Positions 50,801 to 64,000 of a DNA stretch of 64,000 nt are shown piece by piece; positions within the stretch are counted from its first letter, which is position 1, and each line of letters starts with the position of its first letter. Both the position numbers and the translations under genes were made by a program. The DNA is from Mytilus californianus. Lineage: Eukaryota. Location of the stretch: the NCBI RefSeq assembly GCF_021869535.1, contig NW_026262637.1:31186001-31250000 (forward strand). The letters run 5' to 3'. The notes beneath the pieces are model-generated. The model was not told the origin of the DNA. It made no database searches and saw only the letters and a list, made by a program, of their open reading frames with translations.

Positions 50801-53800
50801 TATGTGTTCTAAAGTAAGCAACACTGTTGTGCATTGCTTTGTAAGTACATAAAGGTGACATACATTGTGTACCTACATGCTCGGTTCGTATACTGCGGTT
50901 GTTGTAACTAACATTTTAGAGAAGGGATAGAAATACATCGCAGCTGATAAACACCAATGCCGATACAACTATTCGCTTTCTCAAAAACTTGCATGACTTA
51001 AGCATCTATATTATAAATAAAACAGAAGTTTCACTTGTCATTTTCAAATGTTTAAGAAACAGTAAGATGTTATAGTCGGTATATATTTTAAATAGTACCT
51101 GCCAACCGATTCCCCCGAATATCAGAAGTAGAAACCCATCAATATACTGCCCAGAGTATGCTGGGTCTAGATCCTTTATCCAGACTGTTGTGTAATTCAC
51201 TGATATATCCCTCACAGCATCGTGTGTCATGGCAAAAGGTATAGACAACCACTATAAACGAAACATTAATTTGTAGTCAAAAAATAAAATAGTCATTTGT
51301 TTTCTACCATGTGTTGTTTTATCAGCAAAACAAATTTGCACATCAATAGTGTTGTCACCATCGTTTGCAACATAAAATACAGATTAAACATATCTCTATG
51401 ATAAGCATTTAATTAGGTGTATGTATGTATTAGAATAGCAACAACAACAAAAAATGTCAGCCCACTGAAGCCATTACTTAAGGTAACACGATACCGAAAG
51501 GCATATAATTCCCGATTTCTAAAATTTTTGGCACACTTGTTCTTTTATGTCCGGTGGCAAATATTTCATGCATGTTCAGGACGATACAATACAATTTGAA
51601 ATAGTTGTGTCTAAAAGACACATTTTATGCAGCCATCAAAAAGGTTGAACATTCTGTTAGTTGTAAAAAGGATAGATATTAAAATCAATATCTTGATGAA
51701 ATACATATTCTTAATATAGTATACTCTGTATGGTGTAAACGTGTGAGCTGTGTGCGTAGTTAATCGGACAAATCTTGCTAACTATGCAAAAATTCACTCG
51801 AAAAGACAAATTTAAACAATCTGTCATTTGTGGAAAATTATACAATAAAAAATTCTGAAAATAAATATGCACCCTCTATATAAGTAAAACACTCGGCGCA
51901 ATATAAAAGTTCAAGCTTGAAATTGTACATGTAGAAGGAGTAAGCCGGACTATGTACTCTGTGTGCCGTTATATATTATCAAAATGCCAAATTAGCAACC
52001 TGTCATTTGCAAAGAAAAAAAATCTGACAATATGCGCACTTTTGGTATATATACTAACAACAGGTACATAATTTAAAGTTGAAGCTTAAAAACTATAGTC
52101 CCAAGAAATCAGCCGTATAAACCCTTAGCTACATACCAAGTGAGGAACGGGCAGTCAAACGGACACGGGTAAAACAGTATGCTCCCGGCATTTTGTCGAG
52201 GGACCAAAATATATATTAAGCGTATGTGATGATGTTCTATTTTATGAGGCATTTGGTGACAAAATATCTTTTTGAATAAGCAGTTCATAGTGAAATGTAA
52301 TTGTGAGATCTCAAATGTAGCAATGCAAGCAAGCTAAAATCTACATATGGAAAGTTGTCTCCTTGGCAATTATATTACATCTCCTTATTTCATAATGGTT
52401 TGAGTTTTCTTCTGAAATACAAGAAGTTTAAAGACTTTAACAAATATGTACCAGGAGACTGACATATGTACTATTATAATTGATATCTGAATATTGTTGT
52501 GAACATGTCATGTTATAATTTGATAAATTTTATACTTGCTATAATAAATATACTTATTAACTTTCAAATTCAAGGGACCAAAGAATCTTTACTAAATCTA
52601 CAAATTAGCAGTAAAAAAAATACTCGTCCATTCTGTATTTGTCATATGTTATCTAGATATCTTTGGTTTTGTGTGTTGTTAATTGGCCAGTTGCTGTCTT
52701 ATTGAATCTTCCACATCTCTATTTATGCACAAAAAGAAATACCAACACTTTATTTAACATACATACTTGTATATGTACTTGCTATAAAATCTTCTTAAAT
52801 ATTGCTAATACCCTCGGACTTTTTCCGACGCTCATGTCAGCAATGTGCCCCTCCCCAAAAAGACACCTTTGTTAATCGTTTGTGAGTCGTTTTGTCTCAT
52901 CACTTTATGAAATGGTGCATTTTTCATCATCTGTACTTGTACATCATGTCCAAACTCAAACAACAAAACACACCCATCCCTGTACACCCAAGCGTAAATT
53001 AACATCAAAAATGATTTTAAAATCTCGTTGATTTTTTCAGTTTGTTTCTGTCGTTTAAATAATATATGGGTTAACGAAAACATCTCTTTATACTTTGTTT
53101 GCGTTCGAAGAGCTTTTCTGGGTTTACCTTCATCAAAGCACCGATAAGTCATTTATTGTGGGCCCACTGTTTTTTTTTAATGAATCGTGTGATTGTAAAT
53201 ATTGAGAAATAATTTGTTTCGAACTGGAATTGAAAATAAATATGTAACGGGAACTGAATGATTTAATTTTATTTCGTTCCACATGATGCAAATTAAGTGT
53301 TGACATCCCATATTTTCAAGCCTTTGTTAACTTTTTCCTCATTCCGATGATGCTGTCCTGTGTAAACTGCGCTTATACGATTACAGTGCTGGCAATTTAT
53401 TTTTTACAAGCTTCCGAAACCATATCTGATTTCTTCTGTACAGTCCAATAATTTTCAGAAACTGGTTACTCTTGAAACATAGGGAAAGTTGTGGGGCCAA
53501 ATAACCAAGTTCAATTATTCTTCTTTGTTTATTCCATTCCAACAAACCATTTTCTGTCTGAGTTTCCACGTCTGCTTGTACGGTGCATTTTTCGCTAAAT
53601 TCTATCCGTATTCTTTTACAAATAAATTTCTTTTTTTTTCTATTTTGCTAGCAGCGTCTTTTGGCAACCATTTTAAAACGAATGGGTTTCTTAACGAAAT
53701 TGCACTAATAGTGGCACAATTCCCCGTATTTTCACACATTATCTTGAGTTTCTATAATTTGGATTTCTACTTTAAAAATATTTTTTTTATCGAGAAACGG

Positions 53801-56800
53801 CGTGCATCATAAATAAGAACTTATTACAAAAATACTCAATCCAGAATAAAAAAAACTCAGTCTATTATGCATAAGAACATATATAGATAAATATTAATAG
53901 TTACAGAACATCTAAAAAAAAGTATATAATTAAGTGTAAAGAATGAGAAGAAAAACGGGATAAAGACGATCGAAGCAATCAATGTCAAATAAAGTATTGC
54001 ATCAAATCTCTCGGCATTCTGCATCTATGCAAAGTTACAATGAAAAGGTTTACCATAAATACCAAGGTTAATTTATTATTTTATTTTCGGGATAAAAGAA
54101 CAGCACAGGGCCTACATGTATTGTGTTGTTAACAGCCCGGAACACGACGGAACCTGCTGCATTGACTGGTATATATGAACGACGCTAAAATGAAGGTATT
54201 TCTAATATATAATCATATACATTTGCAAATTTGAAATAAAGAAACATTTATCTTTCAACTATTTTATACCAGACTGAGGCAAATTGTTTGTTTAATTCGT
54301 TCTAAGTTATTCTAAAACATCGGGTTTTACGTTTGCCGTCAATTTCATGGATGTCGACATCAGCAGGAACGATAACTCGAGGCGGCATACGATACAGTTA
54401 CAGGGGAAGTAATGACGTTGCTAACGTAAATTGTTATTTTCGCGACGTCAAACTGTGACTTATCGGGAAAAGATGCAGTTTTCGACCGATTTTTATCATT
54501 CAAACTGATTTAACTTGAAAACGAGTTCATGGACCCCTCTTCTTTAAAATGACATTTGGTTTGATTACGTTTGAAGAGTTATGTGTACCAATTTTCATGA
54601 AAAAGTCAATAGTGCAATTATTTTAAATTTGATAAATATACTGCAAAAAATGACGTTTTTTTTCTACATTCATGAACATTTGATAAATATGAGTTATTTT
54701 TAAAAATAAAATGTACAAATTTATAGAACATTTATATAAAACAGAAATTACAAATAATCTAACAAAAAACAGCTTGTGTCTATCTTAAAAGATAGACACA
54801 AGATGTTTTTTGTTAGATTATTTATGTATTTCTGTCGAAAGGAAAAATACGTCCACAAATCCGAATTTTGAGGAAATATCTGAAATTTCAACCTCAATTT
54901 ACTCAAAAAGTAGCACATGATGGTATATTTTTTATTGCATATTTGACTTAATCAGGTAAAAAATAGCCTATATGCAAATTTTCATCAAAATTTCATTACG
55001 GGATCAAAACTGTATCGTATGCCCTTAACGTGAATCGGTAAAAAATGGAAAATTAGACTTCAACATCCATTTGAAATGCATTTTGCATCTGAAAGATATG
55101 TAATTTTCTTTGTCAAACTGGTAAACAGAATGTATTAATCTGATTTAATGAACCCCTTAATTCAATCTGAAATTAGCTGAGTTTTTCACTCGAGTCATTT
55201 GGGTGTAAAAACATAATGACAAATACTTACAAGACCAAAGAATATGCATAAGAGCTGCACAACATCTGTATAAGCTACAGAATATAGTCCACCAAACAAT
55301 GTGTAAAATACAGCAATACATGCGGATATTATGACTGCTATGTCGTAGTTCAGGGATATAATAACTGACAATGTTGATCCTATAGAGAAATGAATTATAT
55401 GGTATTTAATTGTATATCTATTCGTAAATATAATCATATTAAGTACAATAATGCAAGACATTAAGTAAATCTAAAGAAAGTAAATAAAATAGTAAAATGT
55501 TAGTAAATTAAAAGGAAGTAAAAAAAATATTAAAATGTTAGTCAATTAACAGAAAGAAAATGAAATATGAAAATAATGTTAGAAAATTAAAAGGAAGTAA
55601 ATAAAATATAGAAATAATGTTGTAACTTAACAAAGTAGACGAGAAAATATACCTAGAGCACCCAGAATGGCAGCTGACCAAAAGAGTTCTCCCATTAGTG
55701 AAGGGAGATACAGTAGTCCTCCCATCCTGTCGCCATATTTTTGTTGTATGGGATCCAACATTGTAACATATCCCTGTGATCTCATACGTTTGGCAAAGAA
55801 ATATCCACCTATAGATAATGAAAATAGTATACACTTACTAGTATTCATTCATTTGAATCAGTAATAATAAGAAACATTGAAGCATTTTCTATTTTTTGTT
55901 GTTGTTTTTTTTAAATTTATACTTTTATTGCACTGTCATAATATATATCTTGATTAATATATGTATATACATGATTGGATTGTCACATTCAATTTGACGA
56001 AATGATGAAAAGGGCGTGATAGCAACCATAAAACATACCACCCTTTCATCAAAAATAGTCTTCTGATAGAAGATAGAACCAGTTAAAAGAACTTAATCGG
56101 GTGTTAATTATGTTACATAAGCGGAGCCAGGGAGGTGTTCCAATGGTTGGAAACACCCCCCCCCCCCCCATTATTCGATTTTTTTTAATTATGTGAACGT
56201 TTCATGGTGTTTCGAGGGTTGGAAACACCCCCCCCCCCCCCCCCTTTTTTTCTAAATGGTTGTATCCGAGCCTGAAACACAAAAAATAGATGACGATGTA
56301 TATTCGTTCTATTTATAAAATGAATCTACTATTATGAAATTGCTGCCATCCCATTTATTGTAACCTGAATTGTTTATACTATTACCATTACAGCTATTTA
56401 TGACAGGTGTTGAAATGACTTGAGTCGGAAATATTAAGATGGACCTCCAATCGTTTCTCTCAGACCTAAATCAGACGGAAGAAAATATGACAGTAATAAT
56501 TGAGTGCTTGCTTGCTTGGTTAATTGTTTGATTGGTTGTTGGTTGCGTAGCGTCTAGTGGCAAATTTGTCATATTATTCAGAACGAGAATAAATCAGAAG
56601 ATATGATGGATTTGGGGAAAAAGTTGTGCCTTGCAACAGGTCAACTACAGACCTCTCTAAGAGTTTTTACAGTGGTTCTTTGACGTGCAGCGAGCGCGAC
56701 ACTCTCTCTCCACGAGGCATTTGATTTAACGTCCCCATTCCAACCGGACTTTGCTGCATGTAAACAACCACAACACAATTGACGCCCCACTTTATTAAGG

Positions 56801-59800
56801 TTCTAATGCCGAATATATGGGAGAAGTCCAAGTCTTGACCACATTTATATAGTGAAGGCAACGGCCTTTGAGTTGTATCAATAATGAACATTGCTGTCAT
56901 GTTGTTTACGTCGGTTCTATAGACAACCTCTCTCCAGTTGTCTCATGCAAAATAACTGCAACTAATTGCTCTGCAAAAATTGATAGCTAAAGATTGAGGA
57001 ATAACTAGATAAGCAATCATCGTCCTTCGGTCTTTGGTGGGTAATTGTCGTCTCATTGACAATATTTTTAGCAATAGAAGCTTTTTACTCTAAAAAAACA
57101 CAAAATACGAGACATCCCAGAGACAAAATGGACTGTAGGTTAGGGGGGGGGTCCCGCTAACATGTTTAACCCCGCCACATTCTGTATGTATGAGCCTGTA
57201 CCATTGATGAGTCATATATTTGTTTTTCGTTCATTTTTTTGTACATAAATTAGGCCGTTAGTTATCTCGTTTGAATTGTTTTACATTTGTCATTTCGGGG
57301 CCTTTTATAGCTGACTATGCGGTATGGGCTTTGCTCATTGTTGAAGGCCGTACGGTGACCTGTAGTTGTTAATTTCTGTGTCATTTGGTCTCTTGTGAAG
57401 AGTTGTCTCATTGGCAATCATACCACATCTTCTTTTTGTTATATGTATGCAATTAAAGGCGTCCAAGAAAAGCTTTCCACGAAAATGCTTCGATGTAACT
57501 TTTAGCAATCCTTCATCAAGAAAATCCTAAACTGGATTATCGTATAACCTGGAATATTCGATATGCCGATTCTAAAGGGTTAATTCACGCTTCATAAAAA
57601 TGGAAAGTTTACAATTTGAAAATTGAAGTATAACGTACACCTCTCTTTTATGAATGATCCAATTCGTTCACATTTACCAATTGACATCAATCTGATGTGG
57701 TTTCGATAAACATGTACCTCTGGGGTATGAAACCACACAAATTCTCACGGTGTTATTTAAAACCTTAAATTTGATAAGTTGGTGTTTTAACTTGATAGTG
57801 TATTTACCGCCGAATGATCTGTAAATAGTATAATGCGTGTATTTTGGGTTATAATTCGATATAGTCTACTGAAACAGTAGCATGTAGAAGCTCTTATTTT
57901 TTTATGTACTTACCAAACCAAAGACTGGCGGCATAGCCAAATGGAGCCTGACACCACACAAAACCCCAGGAATATATAGCTTCTGATGTTCCATTTATAA
58001 AACCACCTCCTACCCATGTTGCTGAAAAAACAGAAATGCTAACTTTTATTCAATGTTATGCTAGATTTGTACGCTTATTCTGTAAAATTCTCATGAAAAT
58101 AATTTTACAATCTAATTTTTCTGTAATTAGATGATTTCTTTATTCTGTACATCGTTCATATCTGTAATAAGTAAAATATTACATAATTCTTTTATTTTCC
58201 ACAATTATTCTATATACTTTACATTTATTTCTCATTTTTCTCTTATTCATTTCAATGATTTTATTTTGCCATATTTCTCTATTCTGTATACCCCATCCAC
58301 ACCCTCATGTAGACTCTTTTATATTTCAAATTTGTTTAGGTATACATGTATATAATTATCAGTAAATTTGAGGTGGGTGTGAATATATTTGATGTGGGTG
58401 TTCACAGAGATCAATATCTTAGAAATAAGCAGTGGTATAGGGAAAAGTAGTTTTCTTAATTAGTTGTTCACTGTGAGTACCCCTATTATATGCTAGAATG
58501 AAAAAAAGAGAACATGACTAAAATGAATGCGACTTTCACATCAGTGATCATTTGTATGATTAGAGTACCAAGAGAAAATGTTAAATCTGTATTATCTGCT
58601 TTATAGCTTATATAGGAATATAACTTTTTTTCAATTTGTCCATAAAGTAGTAATGGTATACAGTTGTATTTGCTTCTCAGCTTAGATCATACGTGTGTAT
58701 TGTAATCTTAAACCAATGGATTATAAATAAAGGTCCGATCCATGGAGTTGGTATGATAGACACGCTGGAACTTCGAGATTTTGTACACATTATGCCCACT
58801 TCCACATTGGATCAAATCATATCAACATCATCAAATCAAAAGCTTTATTTAGAGCTGGTAAATATGCAAAACAGTACAACATAAGCTCATCAGAGCTTTT
58901 AAACCTACGTATGTATAGGAAAAGCAAGATTCGACCGAAATTGTTGAATTTACTGCAAATGATGCATGTATTCATATATATTTAAGGTTACGTTTTAGAA
59001 ATTTAATCCAATTTTTCCCATTATCATAACTCTTCGACACAATATATCAATCTATATTAATGATAAAGGAGAATCTAAGTTTTCTTGTAGAGAATGTTTC
59101 CCTCGAAACGAACGAGCGAGCGGCAATGTCGATGTCTGCAAAAGTGTAGACAACTTGTACATATAGGGATTTCGCGTTGTAAAATATTCTTCGGACGACA
59201 GATCTTTGACATATATAATGTCATTTGTAAATACATGACCATAGCTTTGCTTCCAAAAGAATTGCATATCTGTTTAGGCCGTATCCTTGATACTCACGTT
59301 ATTAGGAGACCTCCGTTGCAGTTGGTTATTATAAAAATTAACAGATTAAGCAGACAAAAACACCGATCTATTTATCTATATGTGCAAGATAGTACAAGAT
59401 TTGTACAGAAATCACAAGATAAGACAGACCTAAACATGAAATATGAGTGGTTTTTTTTCAACATATATTCACGAATTTAAATCAGTGGCATGTATGTGGT
59501 CAGGCGTAGTAAGGTGATACTTTAATCACATTCAGGATTTTAATTGTTTTTCTTCAGAAAACAGTAAAAAGCTAAACAAATCAATAACATGTGTCATATT
59601 TGCCTCTTTATGCGGATGTGTAGGGTCTGTTTATCCACAACTGATTTCTGGGTTCTTCTATATGCCTCTAATGAAAATCTTACACTTTTTGACAGTTGTT
59701 GGGCCCTGTTGCATGTGCATGTGCCCTTTTCCTTATCACGAGCATTATATTAATTTCTGTTAGCATGGTCTTAATCAAATCGTAAACTAACCAAATACTA

Positions 59801-60580
59801 GTAATGAATTGCATAACTATAAAGTCGACAGGTTGCAAGTATTTGACACTTGGTCTTGAAAGTTGTTGACTTCAGAGTATTAAAGTCCATTTACGTTTTA
59901 TAATTTAACTTTGGAAATTCAATTAAAATTGGCTGTAAATGGACCCCTCCCCATTTAAAATTATGATTCAATATGCTTACAAGCAATTGAAAAGACAACA
60001 TATTAGTTCAAGATGAGCCACTCCATTACCTTTGTAGCCTATTTGCTATTTAACAATTTCAAAGTACACAACATCGTGAACTCTAATGAATGATAATATG
60101 TAGTGTGTTCCGTTTCAGTTAACTTTAAGGCTCTATTTGTTATGATACATGTATTCGATATAGGAATAGCTGCAGCCGAAAACTCCAGCGTAGGTCGTGC
60201 AATTGCAGACCATGGTCTATTTAAGAGTCACGACAAAATGTGGGTGATTAGAATAAATAATTTTACCTGTCAGTACTTTAACTCTAATTTAATAATAACA
60301 GACACATATACTTTATATTGAAACGTTGTATAATGCATCAATATATAAAACTTGTCACACTTACTACCTTATGAGATTTTTAATATTCAAGAACATACAC
60401 TAACTATAAATACTTGCCAGTCATTGTAAACACGCCCACAAAAACACCTATATCTCTCCCAGCTAACATCAAATCCTCATTATAAGAATTTCGTTTTCTC
60501 CTTGCAGCCCATAATCCTATGCCGAGAATCAGAATATAGAACAAAATCACTGCAATCAGACCTGGAACATTGACAGCCAT
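47829..60580 (-). CDS. SLC5A7: High-affinity choline transporter 1-like (SLC5/sodium:solute symporter), 559 aa, 8 coding exons
   Basis: Exons 60580-60418, 58021-57914, 55808-55653, 55379-55231, 51251-51099, 50516-50387, 49375-49155 and 48428-47829 are in phase and total 1680 nt. Motifs [36 protein letters not shown] and [10 protein letters not shown] are co-linear with CHT1. Confidence 0.93.
49740..49980 (+). repeat. Interspersed repeat (ATGTGGTATGAGTGCCAATGAGACAACTCT family)
   Basis: Related pieces at ~28120-28240 (+), ~57160-57440 (-) and ~61800-62130 (-). Confidence 0.7.
53280..53670 (-). pseudogene. Decayed Mutator-like/Kolobok-type transposase N-terminal fragment
   Basis: [17 protein letters not shown] followed, after frameshifts, by TGQHHR...KIWDVNT. 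This resembles the GRRIVEL...C..C...DVN signature of that family. Confidence 0.45.
54380..55028. mobile_element. Kolobok-like MITE in SLC5A7 intron 4
   Basis: TIRs GCATACGATACAGTT (from 54385) / AACTGTATCGTATGC (55008-55022), with TTAA at 55025-55028. Confidence 0.65.
56660..56790 (-). mobile_element. SINE-like fragment (same family as 38282-38400)
   Basis: GATTTAACGTCCCCATTCCAACCGG shared core. Confidence 0.45.
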
Positions 60581-63500
60581 GTTGATGTGCGAGAAATTAT
60601 TTTATGACATTCATTTAACTCATCCTATTTGACCATAAGCTTGGTTGATAGACCACGAAGAAAGTTTAATTATGTTATTTGTGATAAGTTTAACACACCT
60701 TCAAGGATTAACCTCACCTGCGGTATATTGCCGTTTTTATGCACAATATTACTTAAAAGGACCAGAAAAGGCAATAAATGTATTTAAGATTTTATGTTTT
60801 ACATTTATTTGTATATCAATTAAATGTTATGTAACTCAAGTAAACTACAACATCGAAGGCCCGTTAGAGTTCTACAAATCTCCAAAATATCATAAGATAC
60901 AATAAAATGAAATGAGATATTTATTAGTGTAAAATCCAAACAATCATGCAGCTTGCTACTAATTAAATATCACAAATTCACAATAAACAATACAAATATG
61001 TAACATTTCATATGATTGTTGAAATTGTTTCTATGTTTTTTCTAATTGTTACTCGAAATCTGATCATTTTTGCTACAATTTGTTTTCAAATAATAAAAAA
61101 AGTTGTCCATCAGCTAGGTCTCTATAGTAAATGTGAAACTCAACATCCAATAAATTTAGAGGGAGGATCACGGCAGTCGGCCTATATATAGTCCCTTACA
61201 GTAACGGTCACCGAATTGGAAGTAAAGTGACCTGCGATATACATCTTAAAACACTGTACAATTGGTTTCACCTTGCACTGTCTATAAATCAACTTAGTCA
61301 GCTAAATATTTGTACATTTAGGTTGCTGTTTAGTTTGAATGAGAGGACACTGTGAAACAAAGAAAAGAACGAAAGTAATACATTTAAGTTTGAAACCAAA
61401 TATAAACCAATAATAGTTTCCGACTTAATATGCGACAAATAAAAGGTGAACGCATGCACAAAGACAGAGAGATATAGACATTTACCAGCCGTGTTTTCTT
61501 TATACTGAGTGGAAGCACTTTAAATATGTAGGCTTATTAACAGACATCAATAAAAAAAAAAAGAAAAGTGATGAATTAAGAATTAAGAGCAGGTGCTCTA
61601 CAGGCTATAGCTTCTTATAAGGATAATTTTAAATCCGCTTGGTGTGTATACTGATTGATACTTTAGTCTTACAGAAGAACATGATTTATTTATAAGTTGC
61701 TATTGTCTTTGAACTAGCTTCCGGTACTCTTATATCATGGCGCTGCTTTGTGTCTTGTTTTTGTGCTTACTACCGATATATTGAGTTAAGCCATTTACAA
61801 CTGATCCGATTTTACAGTTTGTTCTTATGTTGTGCTGTTATACGCCACTGTCTATTAGGGGAGGGTTGAGCACTCACAAAATATTTGAACCCCGTAACCT
61901 TCTTAAAGTCAGGAGCCTGTAATTCAGTGGTTGTCATTGATTCAGAGCATTTCTGTCATATATTTTTTCGTAAATTGTTTTGTTATCAATTAGACCGTTA
62001 GTTTTCTCGTTTGAATTATTTCACATTTTGCCAAAATGGTGCCTTTTATAGCTGACTATATGGTATGGGTTTTGCTTATTGTTTAAGGCTGACGTGACGG
62101 TGACCAATAATTACTTACATCTACGTCTAGTGTCTCAATCTCCTTATTTTGATATAACCTGAATGTCCTATACGATCTTTGGACTGTGCCAGGCATTCAA
62201 AGGACCAGACTGCACGATTATATTACATGACTCTGGTACATGTTTTGTCAAAGCCTGACTTTAAATGATGTTTGAAATCAAGGAAATGTATATTAATATA
62301 CAATTCCTTGTTGATACGTATACAATCATATTTCGTTTTTATATTCTTATAAAATTTTTGTTACACCGATACTTCTTTTAGAATTAAAAGTAAGTTATTG
62401 GTATAGCTTAATCCCATTAATTTTAGAAGTTAACTTTCTACTTTTAATTATATAATAAACTATGTATCATCGGGTATTTACAAGGATTTTAATTCAAAAT
62501 CTTTGTAAAGACCCAATGGTGCATAACTTTGTGACTAATGGACTGGTCATTTTCCGTTTCATTGGGGGGACTTGGAAGAAAATATAGGAACTTCTTATTT
62601 TTTTCAAGATCCCACCTTGTCAAAAGAAAAAAATCAAGACCCCTTCCTTGCAAAGACCTAACCATTTCATCCCTTTTAAAACTTGAAAACGTTTCCTAAT
62701 ACCAGTATTGCAAAAATGCTTACAATATAAAAATAGGAAGATGTGGTATAATTGCCAATGATGTCTATTATAGAATTACTAATATTAAAAAAAATTGTGC
62801 ACCACTGAGTAAGGTAGTCGTAGCATCAAGCGGGGTAGTTGTTTTTTTACCTTGAAAACCATAATCAAGTTGTACCTGTTATGGTCTCAATTGCATTTAC
62901 CAGAGACATGTATAGTACCCTTCATTTACCACTGTGAAGTATCAAATTACACTGAGTTGGTTGTTTACTAAGAAACAGGTACCGATTTTCGTCGAAATCA
63001 GAGTAACGGAAATAAATCAGCTTACGCATGGACACATCATCTTCATTCAATTTTAGCACATTTATGTTCCTTTTCCTATCCTTTATTAAATAAGTTAGAA
63101 AATTAGCATCACATAATAATAATTTCCGGGAGAATATGCTGAAACTGATTTGGATACGTGGAATTTTAACCTTAACATTGTTTTGCTTGCCAAACACTTG
63201 AATATATTTTTATGATTGTATGGAGGATGCGTCGGGTGTGCCCCTTCCTGAGTTCGCCTTCGCATGACACAAAGAAAAATAATTCATGTTTATAAAGTCA
63301 CGTTATAAATACCACGTTTAACTCCTATATTTTATCTTCAACCATTGAAATATATGCTCGATCGTGAGTTTTTCGATGAGTCATGAAAGGAAACAAAGTT
63401 ATTTTTTAGAGGTTTAGCTAGCTTTAAAACCAGGTTCAATCCACCATTTTCTACATAAGAAAATGCCTGTACCAAGTCAGGAATATGACATTTGTTATCC

Positions 63501-64000
63501 GGCATTCGTTTGATGTGTTTGAACTTTTGATTTTGCCATTTGATTGGGGACTTTCCTTTTTGAATTTTACTCAGAGTTCAGTATTTTTGTCACGGATTTT
63601 ACTTTTTATTAGTATTATCAGTGTTTTATTGGAAATGAATAAGTACGCGTACGCCCCCTTTTTAATAGCTAAAAATTAAAAAAATGTCATGTTTCTCACG
63701 ATTCATGTTATTTTTAGCATAAAATAAGCCTACAAATTGTTCTTACATTTTCTGTAAAAATACGCCCTCCCCGGCCCGTCCCTTTTTTAAAAATGGCCTG
63801 GATCCGGCGCCTCTGGAAGTTGCTTAAATTTTGTAAACAAAAAAATGATGCCCTCTTATCTGAGGTGTTGGAAAATTAAAAAACCCCATTTTAATTCCCC
63901 CAAAATAAATTCTCTCATTGTCCTCCATTTGGTTACCAAAAACGGTCCCCTAGTGTGTTCTTCTCCTTCCAAGTAAGGAACCGAATTCAATCATGAATGT

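Noticed and set aside
58700-59300. Possible LINE 3' remnant
   Set aside because: Only vague resemblance and no diagnostic RT motif.
62922-63197. 91-aa minus-strand ORF near the window end
   Set aside because: No motif or splice context that I can support.

Overview
AT-rich, intron-containing animal genomic DNA. The repeat content suggests a bivalve, probably Mytilus (inference). The first ~34 kb is bounded by a pair of near-identical inverted repeats (1-1281 and 32270-33628; the right copy probably continues to 34018 and the left one begins upstream of the window). This candidate giant DNA transposon contains two convergent genes. One is an IS3-like DDE integrase/transposase (+, 3882-5385, one homopolymer frameshift). 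The other is a spliced minus-strand gene (26993-8884) that fuses a TDP-43 N-terminal-like domain to a G2E3-like HECT E3 ubiquitin ligase (one frameshift, middle HECT exon(s) not found). Its introns are packed with nested non-autonomous repeats. Outside the element are an apparently intact 9-exon STAND/NB-ARC-TPR gene (+, 37297-46297, 1071 aa) and an apparently intact 8-exon high-affinity choline transporter gene (SLC5A7-like, -, 60580-47829, 559 aa) with two GC-AG introns. There are also MITEs, SINE-like repeats and decayed transposon fragments. All gene models were spliced by hand and family calls are from motif recognition, not database searches.
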